NCBI GenBank assembly: GCA_033551855.1
Contig: JAWSUI010000060.1
Span: 1 to 20,859 of the forward strand
Reading direction: 5' to 3'
From: Deferrisomatales bacterium
GTDB lineage: Bacteria; Desulfobacterota; Deferrisomatia; Deferrisomatales; JACRMM01
DNA: 20,859 nt
Part shown: piece by piece, positions 7,988-17,549 of the stretch
How the letters are laid out: each line of letters opens with the position of its first letter
Numbering within the stretch: the first letter of the stretch is position 1
Translations under genes and position numbers: made by a program
The notes under the pieces: model-generated
What the model saw: only the letters and a program-made list of their open reading frames with translations
The model's database searches: none
What the model was told of the DNA's origin: nothing

Positions 7988-10603
7988 CTATCCTCCCTGT
8001 CGCTTTACCCAGGCGATCTCGTCCTCCCGGCTCGCGACCTCGTTGTCGAGGCGAGCCGCCAACAGGCCCGCCAGGAGCTTCCGGTACACCGCACCGGGGG
8101 GGATCCCGAGCTCCTTTAGGTCCCGTCCCCCGAGGAAAGGTCTTACCCCCGCCAATTGGGTCCAGTAGCGGCTGATGAGACGCCGCTTGGCCTCATCCTC
8201 GGTCTTGGCCATGAGGAAGAGCAGGGTCTCGGCGGGGCACGGGACGAGGATCTCATACACCCGGCTGTTGCGGGGCTCACCCCGAGACAGTTCCTCCCGC
8301 AACTCCAGGAGGGCCCGGTAGCCCTGCCGCCGGTTCGCGAGCAGGTCGCGGCCCTCCCGCTCGGCGACCCCGAACGAGCGCAGCAGCTCCTCCACGTCGG
8401 CCTCGTCCATGGCGTCGAAGAGCGCGAGCAGGTATACCATCCATCGGCGCAGGGGCGTGTCCAGGTACAGGAGCTCGAACCAGGTCACCACTCCCTTCAC
8501 CTCCACCAGGAGCTCCCGGCTCTTCGGGGTCAGGCGCAGGCCCGGATGAATCGCCGCGAGGATCCCGTGCTCGTCGAGGGCGTCGAGGGCCTCCAGCGGG
8601 TCGGCCTCTTCCATCAGGTGGACCCACTCGTGGAAGAGCCTGCGGCCGCGGGCCTGGCTCAGGAACCCCATTCGCACCGCGCTGCGCAGGAGCTTTTGTG
8701 TCTGGCGACCGAGACGAAACCCAAAGCGCAGCTGGAAGCGCAAGGCCCGGAGGATCCGGGTGGGATCCTCCACGAAGGACAGGTTGTGGAGAATCCGGAC
8801 CATCCCCTCCTTCAGGTCCCGAAGGCTGCCGAAGAAATCGATGACCTCGCCGAGACGGTCGGGGGCCAGCCGCAGGGCGAGGGTGTTCACCGTGAAGTCC
8901 CGGCGATACAGGTCGAGCTTGAGGCTGGACCACTCCACGGTGGGCAGGCTGGCCGGCCTCCGGTAGTACTCGGTGCGGGCCGTCGCCACGTCGATGTGCA
9001 GTCCATCGGCGGTGATGATCTTGGCGGTGCCGAACACGGGATGGGCCCGGACCTTCGCACCCCACTGACGGGCGGCCTCCGATGCCAAGGCCAGTCCGTC
9101 TCCCTCCACGACCACGTCGATGTCCAAATTGTCCCGGCGAAGGAGGAGATCGCGCACAATGCCGCCGACCAGATACGCCTTGGCGCCCCCTTCCTGGGCA
9201 AGCCGGCCCAAATCCCGCAGGCGGCCCAGGACTGCCGGCGGCAGGCGCTCCTCGAGCAGCCTGCCGGCGAACCGTTCCTGGGCCTGGAAGGGAACTTCCA
9301 GGGGCGCGCCCTTCTCCAGCCCTTCCATGGCCCGGAGAAGGTCGGTGCGCGTGACCGCTCCCAGGAGCTTCCCGTCCTCCAGCACCGGCAGGAACCTCTG
9401 ATTCCCCCAGATGATGAGCTCTCGCAGGCGTTCCAGGGGCGCCGAAGGCGGGACGGTGGCGAACTCGGTGACCATGTAGTCGTCCACCGGCACCTCGAGC
9501 AGGCCGTGCTGGAGGGCTCGCCCCACCAGGAGGCGGGTCACGATCCCCACCACGCGGCCGCGCCTCAGGACCGGCATCGCGTTGATGTGGTACCGATCGA
9601 GGAGCCTTCCCACCTCGGCCAAGGACATCCCCGAGGGCACGGACTTCACCGGGGTGCTCCAAATGTCCCGCGCGGTGGTGGGGGGCCGCACGGCCCGGGG
9701 CAGCAGGGCGAGAAGCTTCTCCCTGGCCTCGATCAGGGTGAGGTCCCGGATCGTGGCCGAGGCGGCCTCGGGATGCCCTCCCCCACCGAACTCCCGCGCC
9801 AAGCGCGCCATGTCCACCTCGGGGACGCGGCTGCGCCCCACCAGCTGGACCCGATCCTCCATCCGCACCAGGAGCACCAGGGCGTCGAGATTCTCCATGT
9901 CCCGGATCTTGTGGGCCAGCACCGCCAGGTCCCCGACGTACTCGTCCGTGCTGGCCTCGGCCACCACCACCTCCTTGCCGTGGATCCGCCGCACGGTGCG
10001 GGACCGCAGGAGGCCGTCCAAGAGGCTCACCTGCTCCACGGTGAGCTCCGGCGTGATCACCGACGTCACCGCGGTCACGTCCGCCCCCTGACCCAGGAGC
10101 CAAGCGGCAGCCTCGAGGTCGCGGGGGGTCGTCGAGCCGAAGGTGAGGCATCCGGTGTCCTCGTAGATCCCGAAGATCATCAGGGTGGCCTCGTCCGGCT
10201 GCACCGGGATGCGCCGCTGGCGCAGGAGCTCCACGAGGAGGGTGGTGGCAGCCCCGACCCGATCGACGTGCGCCACGTCCGGACGCACGTCGTCGGGACC
10301 GGGCGGATGGTGGTCGTACACGTGCAGTTCCACCCCGGGCCGCCCCACCAGGACGCCGAACCTGCCGATGCGCTCCGCCTGGGCCACGTCCACCAGGATG
10401 AGGCGGCGGACCGCGTCCAGGTCCACCTGTCGAGCCTTGACCACGTCGATGGCGTACAGGGTGGACTCCACCAAGAACTGGCGTAGGGTCTTCTCCTGGG
10501 CCCCGGCGAAGGCCAATACAGCCTCGGGGTAGAGCTTCTTCGCCCCCACCATGGCGCCCAGGCTGTCGAAATCGGCGTTCACGTGGGTGGTGATCACATC
10601 CAC
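7988..10603 (-). CDS. DHH-DHHA1-CBS-CBS tRNA nucleotidyltransferase (probable A-adding enzyme), 871 aa
   Basis: Likely GTG start 10603 after SD GGAGGGAG. DHH motifs THVNADFD, LVD, YDHH, GIYEDTG, GGGGHPEAAS; a CBS pair; class II nucleotidyltransferase motifs LVGGIVRDLLL, DIDVVV, ATARTEYY, RRDFTVN, EDPTRILRALRF. Confidence 0.88.
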   Translation of the reverse strand: MDVITTHVNADFDSLGAMVGAKKLYPEAVLAFAGAQEKTLRQFLVESTLYAIDVVKARQVDLDAVRRLILVDVAQAERIGRFGVLVGRPGVELHVYDHHPPGPDDVRPDVAHVDRVGAATTLLVELLRQRRIPVQPDEATLMIFGIYEDTGCLTFGSTTPRDLEAAAWLLGQGADVTAVTSVITPELTVEQVSLLDGLLRSRTVRRIHGKEVVVAEASTDEYVGDLAVLAHKIRDMENLDALVLLVRMEDRVQLVGRSRVPEVDMARLAREFGGGGHPEAASATIRDLTLIEAREKLLALLPRAVRPPTTARDIWSTPVKSVPSGMSLAEVGRLLDRYHINAMPVLRRGRVVGIVTRLLVGRALQHGLLEVPVDDYMVTEFATVPPSAPLERLRELIIWGNQRFLPVLEDGKLLGAVTRTDLLRAMEGLEKGAPLEVPFQAQERFAGRLLEERLPPAVLGRLRDLGRLAQEGGAKAYLVGGIVRDLLLRRDNLDIDVVVEGDGLALASEAARQWGAKVRAHPVFGTAKIITADGLHIDVATARTEYYRRPASLPTVEWSSLKLDLYRRDFTVNTLALRLAPDRLGEVIDFFGSLRDLKEGMVRILHNLSFVEDPTRILRALRFQLRFGFRLGRQTQKLLRSAVRMGFLSQARGRRLFHEWVHLMEEADPLEALDALDEHGILAAIHPGLRLTPKSRELLVEVKGVVTWFELLYLDTPLRRWMVYLLALFDAMDEADVEELLRSFGVAEREGRDLLANRRQGYRALLELREELSRGEPRNSRVYEILVPCPAETLLFLMAKTEDEAKRRLISRYWTQLAGVRPFLGGRDLKELGIPPGAVYRKLLAGLLAARLDNEVASREDEIAWVKRQGG

Positions 10604-10730
10604 GGAGCGTCTCCCTCCCCGGGGCGGCGCACCCCCGCGGCCGCACCGCCTCCGGGCAGTCTGCCGGGGCCCGGGAACCGGGACGCTCCCCCCCGGACCC
10701 CCCGCAGAACGGCCGCGGCGCCGGCGCCCC

Positions 10731-11843
10731 TCATGCCCGCCCGGCTGCCGCCAGGACCTGGCGGCGAAATTCCTCGGGGCGGTCCAGCACCAGCATCTCG
10801 ATGCGCAGGGCGAGCACCGGCAGGGGCAGGGGCAGGTGGCCCAGGAGCCGCACACCGTCCTTCTCGGTCGTCACCAAAGCCTGGGCGTTCATGAGGCCCG
10901 CCCAGCGGGTCACCTGCTCCACGTCGGCGGGCGTGTAGCGGTGGTGATCGCGGAAGGGGACCGCCTGGAGCACCTTGGCCCCCAAGTCCCCCAGCTCGCG
11001 GAAGAAGGCCTCGGGGGTCCCGATCCCCGCAAAGGCCAGGACCTTGAGGCCCCGCAAGCTCTCCAGGGGCCCGACCTCGCCCGTAGCCAGGTCCACCACA
11101 GCCAGGGGGGCGTGGGCAGTGGTCAGGACGGGAACCGAGGGGTTGTAGCGCCGCACCGCAGCGGTCACCGCCTCGGTGCGCTGCGAGTCGGCACGGCGAG
11201 TCCGGGTGAGGAGGACCAGATCCGCCTCCGCCAGCGCCCCGGGGCCCTCCCGCAGGAGACCCCGGGGGAAACAGTACCCGTTCCCGAAGGGGTGGCGGGC
11301 GTCAAGGAGCACCACATCGAGGTCTCTGGCCAGGGGGAGGTGCTGGAAGCCGTCGTCCAGCACCAGCACCTCGACGCCGAAGCGCTGCACCGCGAGCCGG
11401 GCGGTCTCCCGGCGATCCCGGCCGACCACCACCGGCACCCCCGGGAGGCGCCGGGCCAGGAGGACCGGTTCGTCCCCGGCCGACTCCGGCGACAGCCGCA
11501 CCCGGGATCCGTCCGAGACGACTCCCGCGGCCCCCTGAAGGCTGCCCAGGTAGCCCCGGGAGAGCACGGCCGGCCGCACGCCGGCTGCCAGGAGCAGGCG
11601 GCACACCGTCTCCACGCAGGGCGTCTTCCCCGTGCCCCCGGCGGCGATGTTCCCCACGGAGATCACGGGAACCCCGGGGTGCTCCGTCCGAAGCAGACCC
11701 CTGCCGTAGGCCCAGCGGCGCAAGGCCTGGACCTTCCCGTAGCCCCAGGCCGGCACCGAGAGGGGGAGGAAGAGGGCTTCCGCGACCCAGCCGACGGCCC
11801 GGCGGGAGAGGAGGTCCCGCACCCAGAAGTAGAGCCCCGTCAT
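10731..11843 (-). CDS. lpxK: Tetraacyldisaccharide 4'-kinase
   Basis: Motifs PVISVGNIAAGGTGKTP, LSRGY, GDEP, LDDGFQH, PRGLLRE, FRDHH, TTEKD. Confidence 0.95.
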   Translation of the reverse strand: MTGLYFWVRDLLSRRAVGWVAEALFLPLSVPAWGYGKVQALRRWAYGRGLLRTEHPGVPVISVGNIAAGGTGKTPCVETVCRLLLAAGVRPAVLSRGYLGSLQGAAGVVSDGSRVRLSPESAGDEPVLLARRLPGVPVVVGRDRRETARLAVQRFGVEVLVLDDGFQHLPLARDLDVVLLDARHPFGNGYCFPRGLLREGPGALAEADLVLLTRTRRADSQRTEAVTAAVRRYNPSVPVLTTAHAPLAVVDLATGEVGPLESLRGLKVLAFAGIGTPEAFFRELGDLGAKVLQAVPFRDHHRYTPADVEQVTRWAGLMNAQALVTTEKDGVRLLGHLPLPLPVLALRIEMLVLDRPEEFRRQVLAAAGRA

Positions 11844-13138
11844 CGGTCCTCCCAGGCCCCCAGCTCTTCCAGCACCTTTACCGCCCGCTCCACGGCACCC
11901 CGGTTGGCCGCGAACAGGTCCTGGGAACCCCGGCGCAGCGCCTCTCGTGCCCCCTCGTCCTCCAGGTAGCCCCCGAGGGCATCGGCCAGGCCGGCCGCGT
12001 CGATGACCTCGGTCCCCAACCCTCGCCGCAGCACCTCGTCACGCACTTCCCGTGCATTCTGGGTGTGGGGCCCGAAGACGACGGGCGTGCCCCAGTTGAG
12101 GGGCTCGAGAAGGTTGTGCCCACCCACGGGGGCAAGGCTCCCCCCGACGAAGGCGCAGTCGGCGCCGCCGTAGAGTCCGCCCAGGAGCCCGTACCGGTCC
12201 ACCAACAGCACCTGTCCCGCCTGGAAGGCCTCCAGGATCCCCGCCTCAGGGGGCTCACCGAGGCCGCTCCAACGGCGCGGCTCCCGGCCGGAGGTGCGCA
12301 CGGCCGCCTCCACCTCTGCCAGCCGTTCCAGGTGGCGGGGGGCAAGGACGACCCCGAGACGCCGCCCCCTCGCCTCCAACACCCCGGCGGCCCGGAGCAC
12401 CGCCGCCTCTTCGCCGGGATGGGTGGAGCCGGCCACCACGACCTGCCACCCCCCGGCCGCGCCGCGGCGCAAGGCACGCACCGGCACCCCGGAGGGGTCC
12501 GGGGCAGGAAGATCGTACTTGAGGTTACCCCCCACGGCCACCCGATCGGGGGACACCCCGAGGGCCCGAAAACGTCGGGCGTCCTCCTCGGACTGCGCCA
12601 GGACGATGCGAAACGCCCCCAGGAAGGGAGCCAGCCACCTGCCCAGGCGGAGGTAGCGCGGGAACGCCCGGTCGGACAAGCGTGCGTTGACGAGGACGGC
12701 AGGAACTCTCGCGGCGGCTGCTGCCCGCAAGAGACCGGGCCAGAGCTCGGTCTCCACGACCACGAGAGCCCGAGGCCGTGCCGCCGCGATGGCGCGGCGC
12801 ACCAGGGGGCCCAGATCCAAGGGCAGGAGCCGGCCCGCCCCCCCCGGGCCGGCAAGGGCGCGAGCGGTCTCCCTGCCGCCGGGGCTGGTAGTGCTGAGGA
12901 CCAGGGGAACCCCTCGGGACTGGAGGGCGGAGATCAGGGGCGCGGCCGCCCGCATCTCCCCCACGCTGGCCCCGTGCACCCAGATCCCGCCCGTGGGGAC
13001 CTGCCCCCAGCGCCCCAGGCGCTCTCCCCAGCCGACCCGGTACCGGGGGTCCCGCAGGGCCCGGAGCAGGATCACGGGCCATCCCACCGCAAGCCCCGCC
13101 CAGCCGAGGGCCTGGTAGGCGGCGTAGAAGGCGTTCAC
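11840..13138 (-). CDS. waaA: 3-deoxy-D-manno-octulosonic acid (Kdo) transferase
   Basis: Motifs IWVHGASVGE, ETELWP, NARLSDR, GNLKYD, AGSTHPGEE, APRHLER, FVGGSL, GGHNLLEP. Confidence 0.95.
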   Translation of the reverse strand: MNAFYAAYQALGWAGLAVGWPVILLRALRDPRYRVGWGERLGRWGQVPTGGIWVHGASVGEMRAAAPLISALQSRGVPLVLSTTSPGGRETARALAGPGGAGRLLPLDLGPLVRRAIAAARPRALVVVETELWPGLLRAAAAARVPAVLVNARLSDRAFPRYLRLGRWLAPFLGAFRIVLAQSEEDARRFRALGVSPDRVAVGGNLKYDLPAPDPSGVPVRALRRGAAGGWQVVVAGSTHPGEEAAVLRAAGVLEARGRRLGVVLAPRHLERLAEVEAAVRTSGREPRRWSGLGEPPEAGILEAFQAGQVLLVDRYGLLGGLYGGADCAFVGGSLAPVGGHNLLEPLNWGTPVVFGPHTQNAREVRDEVLRRGLGTEVIDAAGLADALGGYLEDEGAREALRRGSQDLFAANRGAVERAVKVLEELGAWEDR

Positions 13139-13782
13139 GGGGAGCGCACCCCGAGGCTCTCCTCCGCCGCCTCCGTCGCGGCCGCGAGGGCAACCCGAAT
13201 CTCCTCCGACGCCGCTGCCTCCGGGGCATCGGTCGGGAAGAAGAGGGGTTGCGCCACCTGTAGGAGGACCGTGGAAAACGGCAAGGGAACCTGAAACCGG
13301 TCCCAGGAGGAAAAGACCGCCTTGCGGGAATAGGCCACCCCCAGGGGCACCACGGGACGACCCGTCCTTGCCGCCAGGTAGGCAAGACCCGGTCGCACCG
13401 TGTATCGGGGGCCCCGAGGCCCGTCCGGGGTGAAGGCCACGTCCCGTCCGGACCGGAGGTGACGCAGGAGCGCCCGCAGGGCCTGGGAGCCCCCCCGGCT
13501 CGAAGACCCGCGCAGGGCCACATACCCGAACCCCTCCACCACCCGGGCGATGAGCTCCCCGTCGCGGCTCTGGCTGATCACCACCCCGGCCTTCTGATCG
13601 CGGTAGGGCACCAGCGGCCCCAGGAGCCGGTTGTGCCAGAAGGCCCAGAGGACGGCCCCCTCGGCACGGGCCTCGCTCAACCCGTCCTCGGCCCCCTGCT
13701 GTCGGAATCGACAGGTGGCCTGCAGGATCCGGAGGTAGCCCCGACCCAGCCGGACAGCCACCCGAAGAGCGGCGTCGCCCAC
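13135..13782 (-). CDS. DUF374 lysophospholipid acyltransferase-family protein (LpxJ-like lipid A late acyltransferase)
   Basis: Motifs AFWHNRL, ISQSRDGELIA, RGSSSRGG, TPDGPRGP, SWDRFQVPLPF. Likely GTG start 13782 just after the msbA stop, with SD GGAG/GAGG. Located between msbA and waaA. Confidence 0.85.
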   Translation of the reverse strand: MGDAALRVAVRLGRGYLRILQATCRFRQQGAEDGLSEARAEGAVLWAFWHNRLLGPLVPYRDQKAGVVISQSRDGELIARVVEGFGYVALRGSSSRGGSQALRALLRHLRSGRDVAFTPDGPRGPRYTVRPGLAYLAARTGRPVVPLGVAYSRKAVFSSWDRFQVPLPFSTVLLQVAQPLFFPTDAPEAAASEEIRVALAAATEAAEESLGVRSP

Positions 13783-13786
13783 CGCC

Positions 13787-15511
13787 TCACTCCCCACCGA
13801 GCTGCATCCGGCACAGACCGGCATACTCGCCGCCCAGGGCCAGGAGCTCCCCGTGGGCGCCCCGCTCCACCACGTGCCCGTCCCGGAGGACCAGGATCAG
13901 GTCCGCGTGGCGCACGGTGGCGAGCCGATGGGCGATGACGAAGGTGGTCCGGTTCCTCATCAGGGTCTCCAGGGCGGCCTGCACGTCTCGCTCCGACTCC
14001 GAGTCCAGGGCGCTGGTCGCCTCGTCGAGGATGAGGATCGGGGCGTCCTTCAGCAACGCCCGTGCGATGGCCAGGCGCTGCTTCTGCCCCCCGCTGAGCA
14101 GGTCCCCCCGCTCCCCCACCGGGGTCTCGTACCCCTGGGGAAGGGCCTGAATGAACTCGTGGGCGCGAGCTGCCCGAGCGGCAGCCTCCACCTGATCCCC
14201 GGTGGCCCCGGGCCGGCCGACGAGGAGATTGCGGCGGACCGTGTCGTTGAAGAGAAAGGTGTCCTGGGTCACCACGGCGACCGCCCCCCGGAGGCTCTCC
14301 ACAGTGTACTCCCGCAGGTCGACCCCGTTGATCCGAATCACCCCCTCCGTGGGGTCGTAGAATCGCGGAAGGAGCTTGAGAACCGTGGACTTGCCTCCTC
14401 CGCTCGGCCCAACCAGGGCCACCACCTGCCCCTGGCGGGCGCGGAAGCTCACCCCCCGGAGGACCTCTCCCTTCGCCGGGTCGTAGGCGAAGCGCACCTC
14501 CTCGAAGGAAACCTCCTCCACCGGGTGCTGCAGCTCCGCCGTGCCCCCGATCTCGCACGGAGCCGGCGGAAGGTCCATGACGCCGAAGACCCGCTCGGCC
14601 GCCGCCAGTGCCTGCTGAAAGGAGTTGTTCAGGCTCCCGGCCCGCTTGAGGGGGTCGTAGAGAAGGAACAGGGCCGTCAAGAAGCTGAAGAAGTTACCGG
14701 GGGTGGTGGTGCCCGCCAGGACCTGGCTCCCGCCGTACCACATGATCGATGCGGCCCCGACCGCGCCGAGGAACTCCATCAGGGGGGCGGTCGCCTCGTT
14801 CACCCGGGCGCTCTTGAGTTGCACGGCCCGGAGCCTCTCGGCCTCCCGGTCGAAGCGGGCACCTTGCAGCGCCTCGCACCGGAATGTCTTCACCACTTCG
14901 ATGCCCGAGAAGGACTCCTGGAGCACGTTGGCGATCTCCCCGATCCGCTCCTGCCCCCGACGGGCGTACTGTCGCATGAGCACGCTGATGCGCCGCACCG
15001 GGTAGGCGGCCAGGGGAAAGACGGCGATCCCGACAAGGGCCAGCTTCCAGTCCCGCAGAAAGAGCACGACCATGAGGCCAAGCACGGTGAAGACCTGGCG
15101 CAGGAGCTGGATCAGGTCGGGGATGGCCCGCTGCATGGCCCCCACGTCGTTCGTGACCCGGGCGATGAGGGCGCCCGTGGAGTGGCGATCGTAGAAAGCG
15201 AGGTCTCGTCTCTGGAGGCTCGTGAGCAGATCGCTGCGCATGCGCAGCACCACCGTCTCCCCCACCCAGCGCATCAGGTAGGACTGCAGGTAGCGGCACC
15301 CCCCTTTGACCAGATACAGGGCGAGCACCACCAGGGGGAGCACCTTGAGCTTCCAGGCATCGTGATGGATGAAGATGTCGTCCATCACCGGCTTGACGAG
15401 CCAAGCGGTGATCCCTGCGGTCGCCCCCACCACGGCCATGCACCCCAGGGACAGGAGAATCTGCTTCCAGTACGGCAGGAAGTAGGCGCCCAGGCGCCGG
15501 ATCAGCTCCAA
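13787..15511 (-). CDS. msbA: Lipid A export ABC transporter, permease/ATPase
   Basis: N-terminal transmembrane domain, Walker A GPSGGGKST, signature LSGGQKQR, Walker B ILILDEATS, IAHRL. TTG start with GAGG SD. Lies within the lpx cluster. Confidence 0.9.
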   Translation of the reverse strand: MELIRRLGAYFLPYWKQILLSLGCMAVVGATAGITAWLVKPVMDDIFIHHDAWKLKVLPLVVLALYLVKGGCRYLQSYLMRWVGETVVLRMRSDLLTSLQRRDLAFYDRHSTGALIARVTNDVGAMQRAIPDLIQLLRQVFTVLGLMVVLFLRDWKLALVGIAVFPLAAYPVRRISVLMRQYARRGQERIGEIANVLQESFSGIEVVKTFRCEALQGARFDREAERLRAVQLKSARVNEATAPLMEFLGAVGAASIMWYGGSQVLAGTTTPGNFFSFLTALFLLYDPLKRAGSLNNSFQQALAAAERVFGVMDLPPAPCEIGGTAELQHPVEEVSFEEVRFAYDPAKGEVLRGVSFRARQGQVVALVGPSGGGKSTVLKLLPRFYDPTEGVIRINGVDLREYTVESLRGAVAVVTQDTFLFNDTVRRNLLVGRPGATGDQVEAAARAARAHEFIQALPQGYETPVGERGDLLSGGQKQRLAIARALLKDAPILILDEATSALDSESERDVQAALETLMRNRTTFVIAHRLATVRHADLILVLRDGHVVERGAHGELLALGGEYAGLCRMQLGGE

Positions 15512-15618
15512 AGGAAGCCTCGAGCTTTCAGCGGTTGGGGGTCACCCGGGACCGCGGGTGCGGCCTCGGCCGCGAACCGAAATCCGTTCCGAGCAGAGCT
15601 TCCCGGCCAACGCCGCTC

Positions 15619-16746
15619 CTACGCCGGCGGACCCGGCTCTCTGTACCGCCCCAACCGGTCCAGGTGCTCGCGCACGGCCTCGGCGGCTCGGGCCGAGGCG
15701 CCGGCCTCCCCGAGGGAGAGTCGGACCCCTGCCAGCCCCTCGAGCATTGCGGAGCGGACGGGCCCATCCCGCAGGAGCGCCGCGGCCTTCGAGGCCACGG
15801 GCCCCGGCCCGGTCTGGACGAGCTCGGGGACCACCTCCCGACCCGCCACCAGGTTCGGGAGAGAGATGTAGGGCGCCCGCACCAGGAGTCGACCCAGCTC
15901 GTAGGTGAGCCGACTCATCCGGTACACGACGACCATCGGTGTACCCGCGAGGGCGCACTCCAGCGTAGCGGTCCCCGAGGCCACCAGGCAGACGCGGGCG
16001 CGCTCCATCACCTCCTGGGCGCGGCCGTCCAGGACCTCCACCGGGAGCCCGGTCCCAGCCAGGGGCGCCTCGAGGAGCCCGGGGGGCAGCCCGGGGGCCC
16101 GGGGAACCAGGAAGCGCAGGGTTCGCCCCCGGGCGAGCTCCCCCGCCGCCTCCAGCAGGAGGGGCCAGATCCGCGAGACCTCACCGGGACGGCTCCCCGG
16201 CAGGAGGCCCACGGCATCCTCCTCGGGTGCGAACCGGCGGGGAGCCCAATGGTCCAGGACCGGCGACCCGACGTATCGGGCCGGCACCCCTCGGCTCCGA
16301 AGCTCCCGCTCCTCGAACGGCAGGATCACCAGAGCCTCGTCCACCGCCCGGCGCAGGCGGCCCGCGCGCCAGCCGCCCCAGGCCCAGACCTTGGGCGGGA
16401 TGTAGTACACTACCGGGATACCGAACCGGCGGGCCGCCAGGGCGAGGCGCAGGTTCAGCCCGCCGAAATCCACCGGCACGAAGAGGTCCGGTGGGGTCCG
16501 TTCAAAGCGCTCGAGCACCGCCCGCCGCGCCCGAAGAAGCGCCGGGAGCCGGCCCGCCGCCTCCCACAGGCCCATCGCCGAAAGCTCCTCGCTGGGAAAG
16601 GCGATCTCGGCACCGGCAGCCCGCAGCTCCGGCCCTCCCACGGCCCAACAGGAGAGGTCGGGGCAGAGCCGTCCCAGGGCACGCACCAGGTTCGCGGCGT
16701 GCATGTCTCCCGAGGCCTCGCCGGCCACCAGGGCGAGGGAGGGCAT
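15619..16746 (-). CDS. lpxB: Lipid A disaccharide synthase
   Basis: Likely start ATG 16746 (MPSLALVAGEASGDMHA). Motifs YYIPPKVWAW, ILPFE, LLPGSR, ASGTATLE, PMVVVY, SLPNL. Confidence 0.95.
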   Translation of the reverse strand: MPSLALVAGEASGDMHAANLVRALGRLCPDLSCWAVGGPELRAAGAEIAFPSEELSAMGLWEAAGRLPALLRARRAVLERFERTPPDLFVPVDFGGLNLRLALAARRFGIPVVYYIPPKVWAWGGWRAGRLRRAVDEALVILPFEERELRSRGVPARYVGSPVLDHWAPRRFAPEEDAVGLLPGSRPGEVSRIWPLLLEAAGELARGRTLRFLVPRAPGLPPGLLEAPLAGTGLPVEVLDGRAQEVMERARVCLVASGTATLECALAGTPMVVVYRMSRLTYELGRLLVRAPYISLPNLVAGREVVPELVQTGPGPVASKAAALLRDGPVRSAMLEGLAGVRLSLGEAGASARAAEAVREHLDRLGRYREPGPPA

Positions 16747-16747
16747 C

Positions 16748-17548
16748 TCAGAACGCCAGGATCGCCATCCCGTTTCGGTCGGCCACGGTGACGGCCTCTT
16801 CGCGCTGGAAGAAGAACGTGTGACATCCCTCGATGGCCAGGGTCCGGGCACCCGCGTCCAGGCAGGCCATGACGGTGTCGATGCCCACCGCGGGCACGTC
16901 GAAGCGCAGGTCCTGGTGGGGTTTGGCCACCTTGACCACCACCGATCCCACCCCGCCGAGGCTGCCCCCCCGGCGAATGGCCTGGTCGGTCCCCTCGATG
17001 GCCTCCACCGCCAGGACGGCTCCCCGCTTCACGACCACGGTCTGGCCGATGTCCAGGCGGCCCAGCTCCCGGGCAACGGTGGTACCGAAGGCCACGTCCT
17101 CCGCCTCCTGCTCCGTCGGCTCCCGCGCGGTGAAGACCTGCGGCTCGGGCAGATACGCCTCCATGTGGACGGTCTGGGGCAGGAGCTCCACCCCTTCGGC
17201 CGCCAACGTCTCCGCCACCTTGAGCATGATGGTGTCGTCCTTGCGGTCCTTCAGCCCCCAGAGAAGGGTCAGGGCCCGGATGTCGGGCCGGAAGTCTTTG
17301 AAGATCCGGGTCTTGTGCACTTTCCCGGCGAACACCGCCCGCTCGATCCTCTCCTTCTTGAGCAGCTTGAGCAGCCTCCCAACCCTTCCGAGGGGCTGCC
17401 AGTAGGTGCGGTGGGCCTCCGTCTCGATCGCTGGGTCGGCCTCCTCCTCGAAGGCGATGGCCACGGTCTCGAGGCCCCGGCGACGAAACTCCCGGGCCAT
17501 GAGCACGGGGAACTCCCCGGCCCCGGCAATGATCGCGAGTCGGTCCAT
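16748..17548 (-). CDS. lpxI: UDP-2,3-diacylglucosamine pyrophosphatase LpxI (DUF1009)
   Basis: Motifs LAIIAGAGEFP, DIGQTVVV, AVEAIEGTD, KVAKPHQDLRFDVPAVG. Located between lpxA and lpxB. Confidence 0.93.
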   Translation of the reverse strand: MDRLAIIAGAGEFPVLMAREFRRRGLETVAIAFEEEADPAIETEAHRTYWQPLGRVGRLLKLLKKERIERAVFAGKVHKTRIFKDFRPDIRALTLLWGLKDRKDDTIMLKVAETLAAEGVELLPQTVHMEAYLPEPQVFTAREPTEQEAEDVAFGTTVARELGRLDIGQTVVVKRGAVLAVEAIEGTDQAIRRGGSLGGVGSVVVKVAKPHQDLRFDVPAVGIDTVMACLDAGARTLAIEGCHTFFFQREEAVTVADRNGMAILAF

Positions 17549-17549
17549 G

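Noticed and set aside
10604..10855. N-terminal extensions of track ORFs (nucleotidyltransferase here; likewise fabZ to 19615, lpxB to 16851, lpxA to 18386, skp to 20679, HD gene from 6869, DUF374 to 13824)
   Set aside because: They overlap neighbouring genes or intergenic elements. Downstream starts match family N-termini and mostly have SD sequences or coupled stop/start codons.
15512..15618. Short inverted match (GGAAGC...GCTTCC) in the lpxB-msbA spacer
   Set aside because: Only about 6 bp, with no target duplication or U-tract; compatible with chance.
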